Position numbers and translations under genes: made by a program
DNA from: Clostridia bacterium
GTDB taxonomy: Bacteria > Bacillota > Clostridia > CAKSNL01 > HGM11501
Reading direction: 5' to 3'
Assembly (NCBI GenBank): GCA_045545475.1
Contig: JAZQAZ010000017.1
Coordinates: 11,973 to 75,972, forward strand
DNA length: 64,000 bases
Notes under the pieces: model-generated
What the model saw: only the letters and a program-made list of their open reading frames with translations
The model's database searches: none
What the model was told of the DNA's origin: nothing
Shown here: positions 1-9,306 of the stretch, piece after piece
Numbering within the stretch: the first letter of the stretch is position 1
Layout of the letters: every line of letters starts with the position of its first letter

Positions 1-362
1 ATATCGCCATCGGATAAAAGAGGCGGATTTTTTGTATTGTAATTGTGACCGTGGGTTATGAAAATAAGTTTGCTTTCGTGGTAAAGAAGGGCATAGTCGG
101 CAAGGATAGGGAAATTTAGCACCATCTGGTCAACCTCGGTATCGCAATTACCTCTCACGCACATAAGCTTTTCTTTCATATTGTTCAAAAGCTCAATGAC
201 TTTTTTCGGGTTATACTCTTCAGGAAGATCGTTTCTTGGTCCGTGATATAAAATATCGCCTAAAAGTATAAGCTTGTCGGGCTTTTCTTCATTGAAACGG
301 CAGAGCAATTTTTCTAGATAATATGCAGATCCGTGAATATCAGATGCAATCATTAATTTCAT
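1..362 (-). CDS. Metallophosphoesterase, YfcE/MJ0936 family (3' end runs off window)
   Basis: Own translation MKLMIASDIHGS...LLGDILYHGPRN...VRGNCD...THGH; AGGAG RBS upstream; not in the ORF track. Confidence 0.85.
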   Translation of the reverse strand, partial: MKLMIASDIHGSAYYLEKLLCRFNEEKPDKLILLGDILYHGPRNDLPEEYNPKKVIELLNNMKEKLMCVRGNCDTEVDQMVLNFPILADYALLYHESKLIFITHGHNYNTKNPPLLSDGD

Positions 363-487
363 AAAAGTCAACTCCTTTTAATAAATTTTACCACAGCATT
401 ATCTTTTTGTCAAAAGAAAAACATTATTGACGGAAAACCTTAATTGTGGTATATTTATTTTGTTATTAATTTTATGAGGTGATTATA

Positions 488-1522
488 TTGAAAAAATATC
501 TTTTACCCGAAGGCGGAAACTTTTATAAAGCAAATCTTCACTGCCATACCGTTATGTCAGACGGTAAGAAAACGGCAGAAGAAGTGAAGGAGCTTTACAT
601 GAAAAAAGGCTATTCCGTTGTGGCTTATACAGACCACGATATTATGGTTCCTCATGATGAACTGACAGATGATAATTTCCTGGCACTCCACGGCTTTGAA
701 ATGGAGGTAAATCCACCTGCGACAGAGGGCAATCCCTATGAAAAAACCTGCCACGTTTGCTATATCGGAATTGATAAAGATAATATCACCCAGCCTATGT
801 GGCACAAAAGTAAGTACCGCTTCGGAAATGCACCGAAGTATGAGAACCTTGTGAAATTTGATGAGTCGGAGCCTGATTTTGAGAGAGAATATAATCCGGA
901 ATGCATCTCTGAAATGATGAAAATCGGGCGTGAGAAAGGCTTTTTTGTAACCTATAACCACCCCACATGGTCAATGGAAAACTATAATGATTACATTCAC
1001 TACGACGGAATGCATGCATTTGAAATAATGAATGGCTGTCTTGCTTTCGGATGGGACGAGTATAATTCTCATGAGTATGACGATTTTTTGAGGAGCGGAA
1101 AGAGAATTTTCTGCATAGGAGCTGACGATAACCACAACTATGCACCTGAAGACTCGCACTTTTTCGACTCATTTCACGCTTTTACTATGATAAAGGCGGA
1201 AAAATTAGAGTATAACACCATTACGAAAGCACTCCTGGACGGAAACTTCTATGCCTCCGAAGGTCCAGAAATTACTGAGCTTTACTGGGAAAACGGGGAA
1301 GTGCATATAAAATGCTCTCCTGCTGACAGGATTTATTGTACTTTCGGAATAAGAAGGGCGGGGGTTATATACCGCTCAGAAGAAGCACCTGTAACAAGCG
1401 CAACTTTCCCGATTCCCCCTGAGGCGGTTTATTTCCGCTTTACCGTGGTTGACGAGAGGGGAAGAAGAGCGTTTTCAAACGGATATTTCGTTGACGAAAT
1501 GCCGAAGGCTGAAGATAAATAA
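488..1522 (+). CDS. PHP-domain metallohydrolase (CehA/McbA-like)
   Basis: NLHCHT..SDG, TDHD, YNHP and DDNH motifs; TTG start after GAGGTG RBS. Confidence 0.75.
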   Translation: MKKYLLPEGGNFYKANLHCHTVMSDGKKTAEEVKELYMKKGYSVVAYTDHDIMVPHDELTDDNFLALHGFEMEVNPPATEGNPYEKTCHVCYIGIDKDNITQPMWHKSKYRFGNAPKYENLVKFDESEPDFEREYNPECISEMMKIGREKGFFVTYNHPTWSMENYNDYIHYDGMHAFEIMNGCLAFGWDEYNSHEYDDFLRSGKRIFCIGADDNHNYAPEDSHFFDSFHAFTMIKAEKLEYNTITKALLDGNFYASEGPEITELYWENGEVHIKCSPADRIYCTFGIRRAGVIYRSEEAPVTSATFPIPPEAVYFRFTVVDERGRRAFSNGYFVDEMPKAEDK

Positions 1523-1549
1523 AAAAGCACTCCGCTTTTAGAGGAGTGC
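1521..1549. terminator. Hairpin between convergent PHP gene and mscL
   Basis: GCACTCC/GGAGTGC stem with A-tract (U-tract on minus strand). Confidence 0.6.
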
Positions 1550-1556
1550 CGGAAAA

Positions 1557-2006
1557 TTATTTTTCTGCTAACTTATCTCTTATTTCCATAAGAACGGAAA
1601 GCTCTGTCTCAACAGGCTCTGCGGGAGTTTCTTCTTCTGCTACTTCTTCCTTCTTTTTAAGTTCTTCAAGCTTTTTCTGAACATTCATCATAACTCTTAT
1701 TACAAAGAAAATGGAAAGTGCGATAATCAAAAAGTCAATGATGTTCTGAAGGAAAGCACCATACTTTATTGCAACTTCGGCAACTAATACTTCGCCGGCT
1801 TCGCTGAGTTCTTCGGGTCTCAAAACGGCCTTTAAATCAGCAAGGGAAACCTTTCCTGTTGCAAGGCTGATTAAGGGAGTGATGATATCGTTAACAAGGG
1901 ATGTTACGATTTTGCCGAAGGCACCGCCTACTACAACGCCGACAGCCATGTCAACGATGTTGCCTCTCATAATGAAGGCTTTGAAGTCATTTACAAAATT
2001 TTTCAT
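1557..2006 (-). CDS. mscL: Large-conductance mechanosensitive channel
   Basis: FKAFIMRGNIVDMAVGVVVGGAFGKIV, YGAFL..IIDFLIIA, LMEIRD. Confidence 0.95.
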   Translation of the reverse strand: MKNFVNDFKAFIMRGNIVDMAVGVVVGGAFGKIVTSLVNDIITPLISLATGKVSLADLKAVLRPEELSEAGEVLVAEVAIKYGAFLQNIIDFLIIALSIFFVIRVMMNVQKKLEELKKKEEVAEEETPAEPVETELSVLMEIRDKLAEK

Positions 2007-2098
2007 TATATTACCCTCTTTCGTATATTTATGGTACAAAAGACATTTTACCATATAATATAAAATAAATCAACAAAAAAATAAAGGAGTAGATAAAA

Positions 2099-2905
2099 AT
2101 GGACTGGAAAACATTATTTAATTCAATTGTTGCGTTCTGCACAACGGCAGGAATAAAGATTGTAATTGCACTCATTATTCTTATTGCGGGCTTTAAGCTT
2201 ATCAAATGGTGCACAAAAATCTTTAGTAGGGAAGATAAATTAGCACATATCGATGCCAGCATAAAAAGCTTTCTTGCAAGCTTTCTGAGCATTGCGTTAA
2301 AGATTGTACTTTTAATTACAGTTGCGGGATATCTCGGACTTCCCATGACATCGGTAATTACCGTGCTTGGCTCTGCGGCTGTTGCTGTCGGTCTGTCTCT
2401 TCAGGGAAGCTTGTCAAATCTTGCCGGCGGAATTATGATAGTCATCTTCAAGCCCTTTGAGGTGGGGGACTATATTGATACGGGCAGTCTGTCGGGAACG
2501 GTTACAGATATCGGTATATTTTACACAAAGCTCAAAACTCCCGATATGAAAACGGTTATCCTTCCGAATGGCGGACTTTCAAACCAGAACCTTACAAACT
2601 ATTCCGATACAGATAAGCGCCGTGTGGATTTTGAAATAGGAGTAGGATATGGCAGCGATCCTGAAAAGGTTAAAAAGGTACTTACAGATATTGCACTTTC
2701 TTTTGAAAATGTGGATAAGGATCCCGCTCCCTTTGTGGGACTTAATGGCTACGGAGACAGTGCAGTTAACTTTACTCTTCGTGTGTGGTGCGACGCCGGA
2801 GAATACTGGAATGTATATTTCGCAATAAACGAAGAAATTATAAAGGCGTTTGCAAAGGAAAATATAGAAATTCCCTTCCCTCAGATGGATGTTCATATGA
2901 AATAA
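2099..2905 (+). CDS. mscS: Small-conductance mechanosensitive channel
   Basis: AVGLSLQGSLSNLAGG, KPFEVGDYI, EIPFPQMDVH. Confidence 0.93.
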   Translation: MDWKTLFNSIVAFCTTAGIKIVIALIILIAGFKLIKWCTKIFSREDKLAHIDASIKSFLASFLSIALKIVLLITVAGYLGLPMTSVITVLGSAAVAVGLSLQGSLSNLAGGIMIVIFKPFEVGDYIDTGSLSGTVTDIGIFYTKLKTPDMKTVILPNGGLSNQNLTNYSDTDKRRVDFEIGVGYGSDPEKVKKVLTDIALSFENVDKDPAPFVGLNGYGDSAVNFTLRVWCDAGEYWNVYFAINEEIIKAFAKENIEIPFPQMDVHMK

Positions 2906-2909
2906 GACG

Positions 2910-2939
2910 AAAACGGCTTGTTTTTCAAGCCGTTTTTTT
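2910..2939 (+). terminator. Intrinsic terminator of mscS
   Basis: AAAACGGCTTG/CAAGCCGTTTT stem plus T-tract. Confidence 0.85.
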
Positions 2940-2978
2940 ACTTTTTTGATAAATTTTCATAAAATTTGCAAAAAACAC

Positions 2979-3007
2979 TTTACAACTTTAGCTTGATGAA
3001 GTATAAT
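2979..3007 (+). promoter_or_regulatory. SigA promoter of the ABC operon with a HisR(YerC)-like palindromic operator in the spacer
   Basis: TTTACA-17-TATAAT; AACTTTAGCTTGATGAAGTA at 2984-3003. Confidence 0.7.
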
Positions 3008-3051
3008 GGTGTCATTGATGGGCACTGCCCGAAAAGAAAGGATGTATAAAA

Positions 3052-3843
3052 ATGAAAAAATTATTGGCACTCATAATGGCACTCGTAATGGTAGTAGCTT
3101 TAGCTGCTTGCACTGAGGAAGCTCCCGTAGAGGAAGTTGTTGAGGAAACTGCAATCGAAGAACTTGCAGACGGCGTTCTTACTATCGGTTACACAATCTA
3201 TGAACCCATGAACTACATGGAAGACGGAAAGCTTACAGGCTTTGACACAGAATTTGCTGAAGCAGTTGCTGAAAAGCTTGGCGTTACTCCCGAGTTCGTT
3301 GAAATCAACTGGGACACAAAGTTTGTTACAATCAATGCAGGACAGATTGACTGCATCTGGAACGGTATGACAATTTCTGAAGACGTAAAGGCTAACTGCA
3401 GCGTTTCCAAAGCTTATGTTAAAAATGCACAGGTTGTTGTTATGAACGCAGACGTAATCGGAAACTATGCTGATGTTGAAAGCCTTAAGGACCTTAAGTT
3501 CACAGCTGAAGCAGGATCCGCAGGCGAAACAGCTATCAAAGAAGCAGGACTTGATGCAAACTATGCACCTGTTGCTCTTCAGACAGATGCTCTCCTTGCA
3601 GTTGCTGGTGGTCAGGCTGATGCTTGTGTAATTGACATCACAATGGCAAAGACAATGACAGCTGAAGGAACAAGCTATGAAGGTCTTGACTATTCTATCG
3701 AACTTACAACTGAAGAATACGGTATTGGCTACAAGATGGATTCCGCTCTTGCTGCAGAAATCGATGCAGTTATCGACGAATTAAATGCAGACGGAACTCT
3801 TCCTGCACTTGCTGAAAAGTACGGCCTTAATCTTGCATTTTAA
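3052..3843 (+). CDS. Polar amino-acid ABC transporter substrate-binding lipoprotein
   Basis: Lipobox LAAC; YEPMNY, GFDTE, IDCIWNGMT (SBP family 3). Confidence 0.9.
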   Translation: MKKLLALIMALVMVVALAACTEEAPVEEVVEETAIEELADGVLTIGYTIYEPMNYMEDGKLTGFDTEFAEAVAEKLGVTPEFVEINWDTKFVTINAGQIDCIWNGMTISEDVKANCSVSKAYVKNAQVVVMNADVIGNYADVESLKDLKFTAEAGSAGETAIKEAGLDANYAPVALQTDALLAVAGGQADACVIDITMAKTMTAEGTSYEGLDYSIELTTEEYGIGYKMDSALAAEIDAVIDELNADGTLPALAEKYGLNLAF

Positions 3844-3860
3844 TTAACTTATAAATAAAA

Positions 3861-3893
3861 AGATAAAGGGCAGAGCTATCTGCCCCTTTATCT
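3861..3893 (+). terminator. Intercistronic hairpin after the substrate-binding protein gene
   Basis: AGATAAAGGGCAGA/TCTGCCCCTTTATCT stem. Confidence 0.55.
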
Positions 3894-3924
3894 TGTGAAA
3901 ATATTTAGCAAAGGCTTTGATTTG

Positions 3925-4572
3925 ATGTCTATGTTTCTTACAGTAACCTTAAGTCTTTTTGAAGGCTTGTGGACAACTTTTAAAATTTTCGGTCTTACTC
4001 TTCTTATGGCAATTCCGCTGGGCCTTATAATTTCGTTTGGTTCAATGAGCAAGTTTGCATTTATAAAGTGGCCGGTAAAAACATTTATATGGATAATCAG
4101 AGGAACACCTCTGATGCTTCAGTTGATTATTTTCGGATTTGGCCCCGGACTTCTCGGATTAAAAGGGATGAGCACATTTCTGGCCGTAATGATTGCATTT
4201 GTAATAAATTATGCATGCTATTTTTCCGAGATATTCCGTGGCGGAATAGAGTCTATTCCGAAGGGGCAATATGAAGCTGGTGCGGTTTTGGGACTTACCA
4301 AAACGCAGGTGTTTTTCAAAATTGTTCTTCTGCAGGTTATAAAGCATATTCTGCCTCCCATGAGCAATGAATTTTTAACCCTTGTTAAAGATACTGCATT
4401 GGCAAATACAATAATGATTTATGAAATCACATGGAATGCTAAACGCTTTATGAACAGCAACGGAATACTTTGGCCGCTTTTCTATTCGGGTGTATTTTAT
4501 CTTGCTTTATGCGGAATTTTGACACTTATTTTCGGATATATCGAAAAGAAGCTGGATTATTATAAGGGGTGA
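3925..4572 (+). CDS. Amino-acid ABC transporter permease
   Basis: [28 protein letters not shown] (EAA loop); start could be 3895. Confidence 0.9.
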   Translation: MSMFLTVTLSLFEGLWTTFKIFGLTLLMAIPLGLIISFGSMSKFAFIKWPVKTFIWIIRGTPLMLQLIIFGFGPGLLGLKGMSTFLAVMIAFVINYACYFSEIFRGGIESIPKGQYEAGAVLGLTKTQVFFKIVLLQVIKHILPPMSNEFLTLVKDTALANTIMIYEITWNAKRFMNSNGILWPLFYSGVFYLALCGILTLIFGYIEKKLDYYKG

Positions 4573-4576
4573 AAAA

Positions 4577-5329
4577 ATGCTTGAAGTAAAGAACCTGAGA
4601 AAAAGCTTCGGGAAAACCGAGGTATTAAAAGGCATTGATTTTTCCCTTGAAAAAGGCGAGGTTTTATCTATTATCGGCTCATCCGGAAGCGGAAAGACTA
4701 CGCTTTTACGATGCCTTAATTTCCTTGAATTCGCAGAAGAGGGGACAATTACCGTTGACGGAAATGTAATATATGACGGTGTAAACAAAAAATCCATGAC
4801 TGAAAATGAACTTCGTGAACGTCGACTTCATTTCGGAATGGTTTTCCAGTCTTTCAATTTGTTTCCTCAGTATAACGTGCTTGAAAACGTAACGTTAGCA
4901 CCAAAGCTTCTTAAAAAGGGAACAAATGCGGAAATTGAAGAAAAAGCTCTTGCACTGATTGACAGAGTAGGGCTTTCTGACAAAACCGGAAACTATCCGT
5001 GCCAGCTTTCAGGCGGTCAGCAGCAGCGTGTTGCCATAGCCAGAGCACTTTGTATGAATCCGGATATTCTTTGCTTTGATGAACCGACAAGTGCTCTTGA
5101 CCCGGAACTTACCGGAGAGGTGCTTAAGGTTATAAAGGGACTTAAGGATTCTGACAGTACAATGATTGTTGTAACCCACGAGATGGAATTTGCCAAAAAT
5201 GTTTCCGACAAGGTTATATTTATGGCTGACGGTATTATTGAAGAGGTAGGAACTCCCGAAGAGGTGTTTGACCATCCGAAGAGCGAAAAAACAAGAGCCT
5301 TCTTAAATAAGTCTCTTGAAAGCTTTTAG
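4577..5329 (+). CDS. Amino-acid ABC transporter ATPase (GlnQ family)
   Basis: [35 protein letters not shown]. Confidence 0.93.
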   Translation: MLEVKNLRKSFGKTEVLKGIDFSLEKGEVLSIIGSSGSGKTTLLRCLNFLEFAEEGTITVDGNVIYDGVNKKSMTENELRERRLHFGMVFQSFNLFPQYNVLENVTLAPKLLKKGTNAEIEEKALALIDRVGLSDKTGNYPCQLSGGQQQRVAIARALCMNPDILCFDEPTSALDPELTGEVLKVIKGLKDSDSTMIVVTHEMEFAKNVSDKVIFMADGIIEEVGTPEEVFDHPKSEKTRAFLNKSLESF

Positions 5330-5340
5330 AGGTGATTTCA

Positions 5341-5616
5341 TTGAAGGAAAATAAAATTACCGGAGAAATGATTGATGAGCTTTTTTCTGTAATTACTGAA
5401 GTTAAAAATAATGAAGAGTGCATGGAGCTTTTTGAAGATTTATGCACAAAGCAGGAGATTGAAAAGATGGCACAGAGAATCCGTGCCGCAAAGCTTTTAT
5501 CCGAAGGAAAAACCTACAATCAGGTAATAGAGGAGACGGATATTTCATCCGCCACTTTAAGCAGAGTGTCAAAGGCGCTCCGCTACGGAAAAGGCTATAA
5601 AAAATTTATAAAATAA
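5341..5616 (+). CDS. YerC/TrpR-family repressor (HisR-like)
   Basis: LFEDLCT..E...MAQR..AA.LL..GKTY..ISSATLSRV.KAL.YG.GY. Confidence 0.85.
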   Translation: MKENKITGEMIDELFSVITEVKNNEECMELFEDLCTKQEIEKMAQRIRAAKLLSEGKTYNQVIEETDISSATLSRVSKALRYGKGYKKFIK

Positions 5617-5676
5617 ACGGCGGTGCTACTTAGGAAGAAGTCGGTTTTGACTTGTTATTTTCCGCTTATAGTACAC

Positions 5677-5710
5677 AAAAAATGCAGGACACATTGTGCC
5701 TGCATTTTTT
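5677..5710. terminator. Bidirectional terminator-like hairpin
   Basis: AAAAAATGCAGG/CCTGCATTTTTT. Confidence 0.7.
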
Positions 5711-5770
5711 ATGCTTATCTGAGTCAAAAAATCCCTAAGCTAAAACTGCAAATGTCCTTACGGACAAATT

Positions 5771-5798
5771 AAAAGCGGGTTGCATTTGCAGCCCGCTT
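5771..5798 (-). terminator. Terminator of the EF-G paralog
   Basis: AAGCGGG(T)TGCA/TGCAGCCCGCTT stem right after the stop codon. Confidence 0.7.
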
Positions 5799-5803
5799 AT
5801 TTA

Positions 5804-7870
5804 TTAGCCCTGTTTGCTTTCAGCGATAACCTTCTGTGCGATGTTCTCGGGAGCCTGCTCGTAACCTTCGAAATCAAAGGTGAAATAGCCTCTGCCCTGA
5901 GTCATAGAACGAAGGTCTGTTGCATAGCCTGTCATTTCGCTCATGGGAACATCTGCTTCAACGACGGTTTTACCTTTGGATTCTGCAGCATTGGAGCCTA
6001 TTACTCTTCCACGACGCTTGTTTATATCACCGTATACATCACCGATGTAATCATCGGGTATGGTTACGAAAAGTTTGCCTATGGGTTCTAAAAGAACGGG
6101 AGAAGCCTGAGCCATACCTTCCTTATAGGCAATGGCAGCAGCCATCTTGAAGGACATTTCTGAAGAGTCAACGGGGTGGTATGAACCGTCAACAAGTGTT
6201 GCCTTTAAGTTAACAACGGGATAGCCTGCCAAAGGTCCTTCCAATATACATTCCTGAAGTCCCTTTTCAACAGCGGGGAAGAAGTTCTTGGGAACTGCAC
6301 CGCCGAAAATTTTCTCTTCAAATGTAAGGAATTCGGATTCACCGGGTTCAAATTCAATCCATACATCACCGAACTGACCATGACCGCCGGACTGCTTCTT
6401 GTGTCTTCCCTGAACCTTAACTTTCTTTCTGATGGTTTCACGGTAGGGAACCTTTGCTGTGGTGAGTGTAACCTCAACACCGAACTTAGCCTTTAATTTA
6501 CTTACGATAACATCAAGATGCTGTTCGCCCATACCGGAGATTACCATCTGATGAGTTTCAATTCTGTTTTCAACTGTGAAGGTGGGATCTTCTTCCATAA
6601 GTCTTCTAAGGCCGGAATTTATCTTTTCTTCGTCACCCTTGCTCTTTGGAACAATTGCCATGGTAAGGACAGGACGGTCAAAAGTAATAGCGGGGAAAAT
6701 GATGGGATTCTGCGTTGTGCAGAGTGTATCACCTGTTGTGGTAAACGCCAGCTTGTTAAGTACGCCGATGTCACCTGCAGAAAGCTCTGCAACTTCCACC
6801 TGCTTTTTGCCGAGAAGCGTGTAAAGCTTGCCGGGTTTTTCGTTTGCATCCTTTGTGGAGTTATATAAAGGCATATCGGACTTTAATGTACCGGAGCAAA
6901 CCTTTATGAGAGACATTTTTCCAACATAGGGATCGGCGATTGTTTTGAATACCTGAACAGATAAGGGAGCATCCGATGCAATCTTAAATTCAACATCCTT
7001 GCCACCCTTGTCAACGCCTTTAACAACTTCGTCTGCATCGGGAGCGGGGAAGTAGTTAACGAAAGCGTTGGACAAGAATCTTACACCCATGTTAAGGGCT
7101 GCACTTCCGGAATATACAGGAACTACGCTGCCTTCTTTAACACCCTTCTTAAGGGCGGTTCTCATTTCTTCTTCGGTAAACTCTTCGCCTGCAAAATAAC
7201 GTTCCATAAGTTCATCGCTGGTTTCTGCAACTGCTTCACATAAAAAGTCTCTGCAGCTTGCAACTTCGTCGGCGATTGCTGCTGGAATCGGAATTTCGCC
7301 GTCATCACTTTTATCGGTATAAGCATAAGCCTTCATTGTAATGATGTTTACATAACCTGTAAGCTTGCCGCCTTCTGTGATAGGCATACGGAAGGGTGCA
7401 ACACATGCTCCGAAGCTTTCCTTAAGCTCTGAAAGTGTTTTTGCATAGTCTGCATGCTCGTCATCCATTTTGTTAATGAATACAATTACGGGAAGACCTG
7501 CTTTCTTTGCACGTTCGAAAGAAAGCTCTGTTCCTACGGAAACACCGCTCTTAGCACTTACTACTATTAAAGCACCGTCAGCAGCTTTTATGCCTTCTGC
7601 AACTTCGCCTGCAAAGTCGAAATAACCGGGAGTATCAATTAAGTTTATCTTATAATCCTTATAGGTATAAGGAGATGTGATTGTATTGATAGTGAACTTA
7701 CGCTTAACTTCTTCAGGATCAAAGTCAAGTAATGTACTTCCGTCAGCAATCTTTCCGAGCTTATCGGTTGCACCTGCACCGTATAAAAGAGCCTCTGCCA
7801 AAGTGGTCTTTCCAGCGTGTGAATGTGATAATAATACAATGTTTCTGATTTTGTCTGTAGCTATGCCCAT
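5804..7870 (-). CDS. fusA: Elongation factor G paralog (EF-G2-like)
   Basis: Full EF-G domain set; SHSHAGKTT, DTPGYFDF, NKMD, KQSGGHGQFG, YHPVDSSEMSF; AGGAGG RBS; stand-alone, not in the str operon. Confidence 0.9.
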   Translation of the reverse strand: MGIATDKIRNIVLLSHSHAGKTTLAEALLYGAGATDKLGKIADGSTLLDFDPEEVKRKFTINTITSPYTYKDYKINLIDTPGYFDFAGEVAEGIKAADGALIVVSAKSGVSVGTELSFERAKKAGLPVIVFINKMDDEHADYAKTLSELKESFGACVAPFRMPITEGGKLTGYVNIITMKAYAYTDKSDDGEIPIPAAIADEVASCRDFLCEAVAETSDELMERYFAGEEFTEEEMRTALKKGVKEGSVVPVYSGSAALNMGVRFLSNAFVNYFPAPDADEVVKGVDKGGKDVEFKIASDAPLSVQVFKTIADPYVGKMSLIKVCSGTLKSDMPLYNSTKDANEKPGKLYTLLGKKQVEVAELSAGDIGVLNKLAFTTTGDTLCTTQNPIIFPAITFDRPVLTMAIVPKSKGDEEKINSGLRRLMEEDPTFTVENRIETHQMVISGMGEQHLDVIVSKLKAKFGVEVTLTTAKVPYRETIRKKVKVQGRHKKQSGGHGQFGDVWIEFEPGESEFLTFEEKIFGGAVPKNFFPAVEKGLQECILEGPLAGYPVVNLKATLVDGSYHPVDSSEMSFKMAAAIAYKEGMAQASPVLLEPIGKLFVTIPDDYIGDVYGDINKRRGRVIGSNAAESKGKTVVEADVPMSEMTGYATDLRSMTQGRGYFTFDFEGYEQAPENIAQKVIAESKQG

Positions 7871-8040
7871 AGATGTTAGCCTCCTTGTAAATAAATTGCT
7901 GTTACGTATAAAATTACGTATAAAATATAAATTCTGCACAAAAAAAGAAAATCCTTTCGCTATTTTGGTGTCAAAATACACAAAAAAATGACAACTAAAA
8001 AGGCAACATGCACAGAATTGATTTCAAAGGAAAAAAGTGC

Positions 8041-8069
8041 TTGACTTTAAATGGAAGTTGTACTATAAT
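8041..8069 (+). promoter_or_regulatory. SigA promoter of rpsF-ssb-rpsR
   Basis: TTGACT-17-TATAAT. Confidence 0.8.
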
Positions 8070-8098
8070 AATAAGGCTGTAAAAAGCAAAAATATAAA

Positions 8099-8138
8099 TC
8101 CTTGCGCTTATTTTTAAGCGCCAAAGACCGTGAGGAGG
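8099..8138 (+). promoter_or_regulatory. S6:S18 ribosomal protein leader
   Basis: GCGCTTA/TAAGCGC hairpin, CCG next to the SD, TCCTT able to pair with GAGGA; directly upstream of rpsF. Confidence 0.7.
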
Positions 8139-8146
8139 TGCAAAGA

Positions 8147-8443
8147 ATGGCAGAAGTAATTAATAAGTACGAGACCATATTTGTCCTTGATGTAAACATG
8201 GGAGACGAAAAGATCGAAGAGCTTTCCAATAAGTTCCAGGAGCTTATTGCAGCTAACGGTGAAGTTGAAAGTGTTGAAGTTTGGGGCAAGAGAAGACTGG
8301 CTTATCCTATCGATTATAAGACAGAAGGCTACTATGTTCTTGTAAACTTTTCTTCCAAGCCCGAATTTCCTAAGGAACTTGAACGTATCTACGGAATTAC
8401 AGAAGGCGTGCTTCGTACAATCGTTGTAAGAAAAGAAGCATAA
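8147..8443 (+). CDS. rpsF: 30S ribosomal protein S6
   Basis: KYETIFVL, WGKRRLAYPI, EGYYVL. Confidence 0.97.
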   Translation: MAEVINKYETIFVLDVNMGDEKIEELSNKFQELIAANGEVESVEVWGKRRLAYPIDYKTEGYYVLVNFSSKPEFPKELERIYGITEGVLRTIVVRKEA

Positions 8444-8457
8444 AAGGAGAAAAGAAA

Positions 8458-8895
8458 ATGCTTAACAAAGTAGTATTAATGGGACGTTTTACGAAAGACC
8501 CCGAGCTGAGGAGCACTCCTCAGGGTGTGTCTGTCTGCAATTTCCGTCTCGGCGTACAGAGAAACTATAAGACAAACGGAAGCTATGAAAGTGATTTCAT
8601 TGATTGCGTTGCATGGAGAAACACTGCGGAATTTATTTCTAAGTTCTTCAGAAAAGGTAATCTTGTATGCGTTGAAGGCTCACTTCAGCAAAGAAGCTGG
8701 GAGCAGGACGGACAGAGAAGAACAACTCTGGAAGTAATGGTAGACAACACCTATTTCGTAGAAAACAAGAGGGATGCCGAAGGTGGCGATTTCGGAGGAG
8801 CAACATACGGTGCTCCCGCACAGGCACCCGCAGAACCGAAGGAGTCTTTTTCATCCGATAGCTTTAATGCAATGGATGATGATTTACCCTTCTAA
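8458..8895 (+). CDS. ssb: Single-stranded DNA-binding protein
   Basis: LNKVVLMGRFTKDPELR; C-terminal DDDLPF. Confidence 0.97.
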   Translation: MLNKVVLMGRFTKDPELRSTPQGVSVCNFRLGVQRNYKTNGSYESDFIDCVAWRNTAEFISKFFRKGNLVCVEGSLQQRSWEQDGQRRTTLEVMVDNTYFVENKRDAEGGDFGGATYGAPAQAPAEPKESFSSDSFNAMDDDLPF

Positions 8896-8920
8896 CTTAT
8901 AATTAAAGGAGGTTAACGAC

Positions 8921-9169
8921 ATGGAAAGAGAAAGAGATGATAGACCTCAGAGAAACAGAAAACCCAGACGTAAGGTCTGCCAGTTCTGTGCCGATAAGGT
9001 TGAATTCATAGATTACAAGGATGTTGCAAAGCTTCGTCGTTTTGTATCTGAGCGTGCCAAGATTCTTCCCAGAAGAATTACAGGTACCTGTGCAAAGCAT
9101 CAGAGAGAGCTTACAGTTGCAATAAAGAGAGCAAGACATATCGCACTCATTCCTTATTCTGCTGAATAA
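8921..9169 (+). CDS. rpsR: 30S ribosomal protein S18
   Basis: [24 protein letters not shown]. Confidence 0.97.
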   Translation: MERERDDRPQRNRKPRRKVCQFCADKVEFIDYKDVAKLRRFVSERAKILPRRITGTCAKHQRELTVAIKRARHIALIPYSAE

Positions 9170-9176
9170 TCATTAC

Positions 9177-9206
9177 ACCGCTTGTCAATGGACAAGCGGT
9201 TTTTTT
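9177..9206 (+). terminator. Terminator of the rpsF operon
   Basis: ACCGCTTGTC/GACAAGCGGT plus T-tract. Confidence 0.85.
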
Positions 9207-9239
9207 CTTGCATTTCAACTTTCATAAAGCTTTCGATTT

Positions 9240-9276
9240 TGAAAGCGTTGACAAATAAAAGAAAATGTGTTATATT
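9240..9276 (+). promoter_or_regulatory. SigA promoter of GH39 gene with a cre/LacI-like site over the -35
   Basis: TTGACA-17-TATATT with TGn; TGAAAGCGTTGACA at 9240-9253. Confidence 0.65.
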
Positions 9277-9306
9277 AAGCAAGAATAAATAAGGGAGGCG
9301 GTTAAA

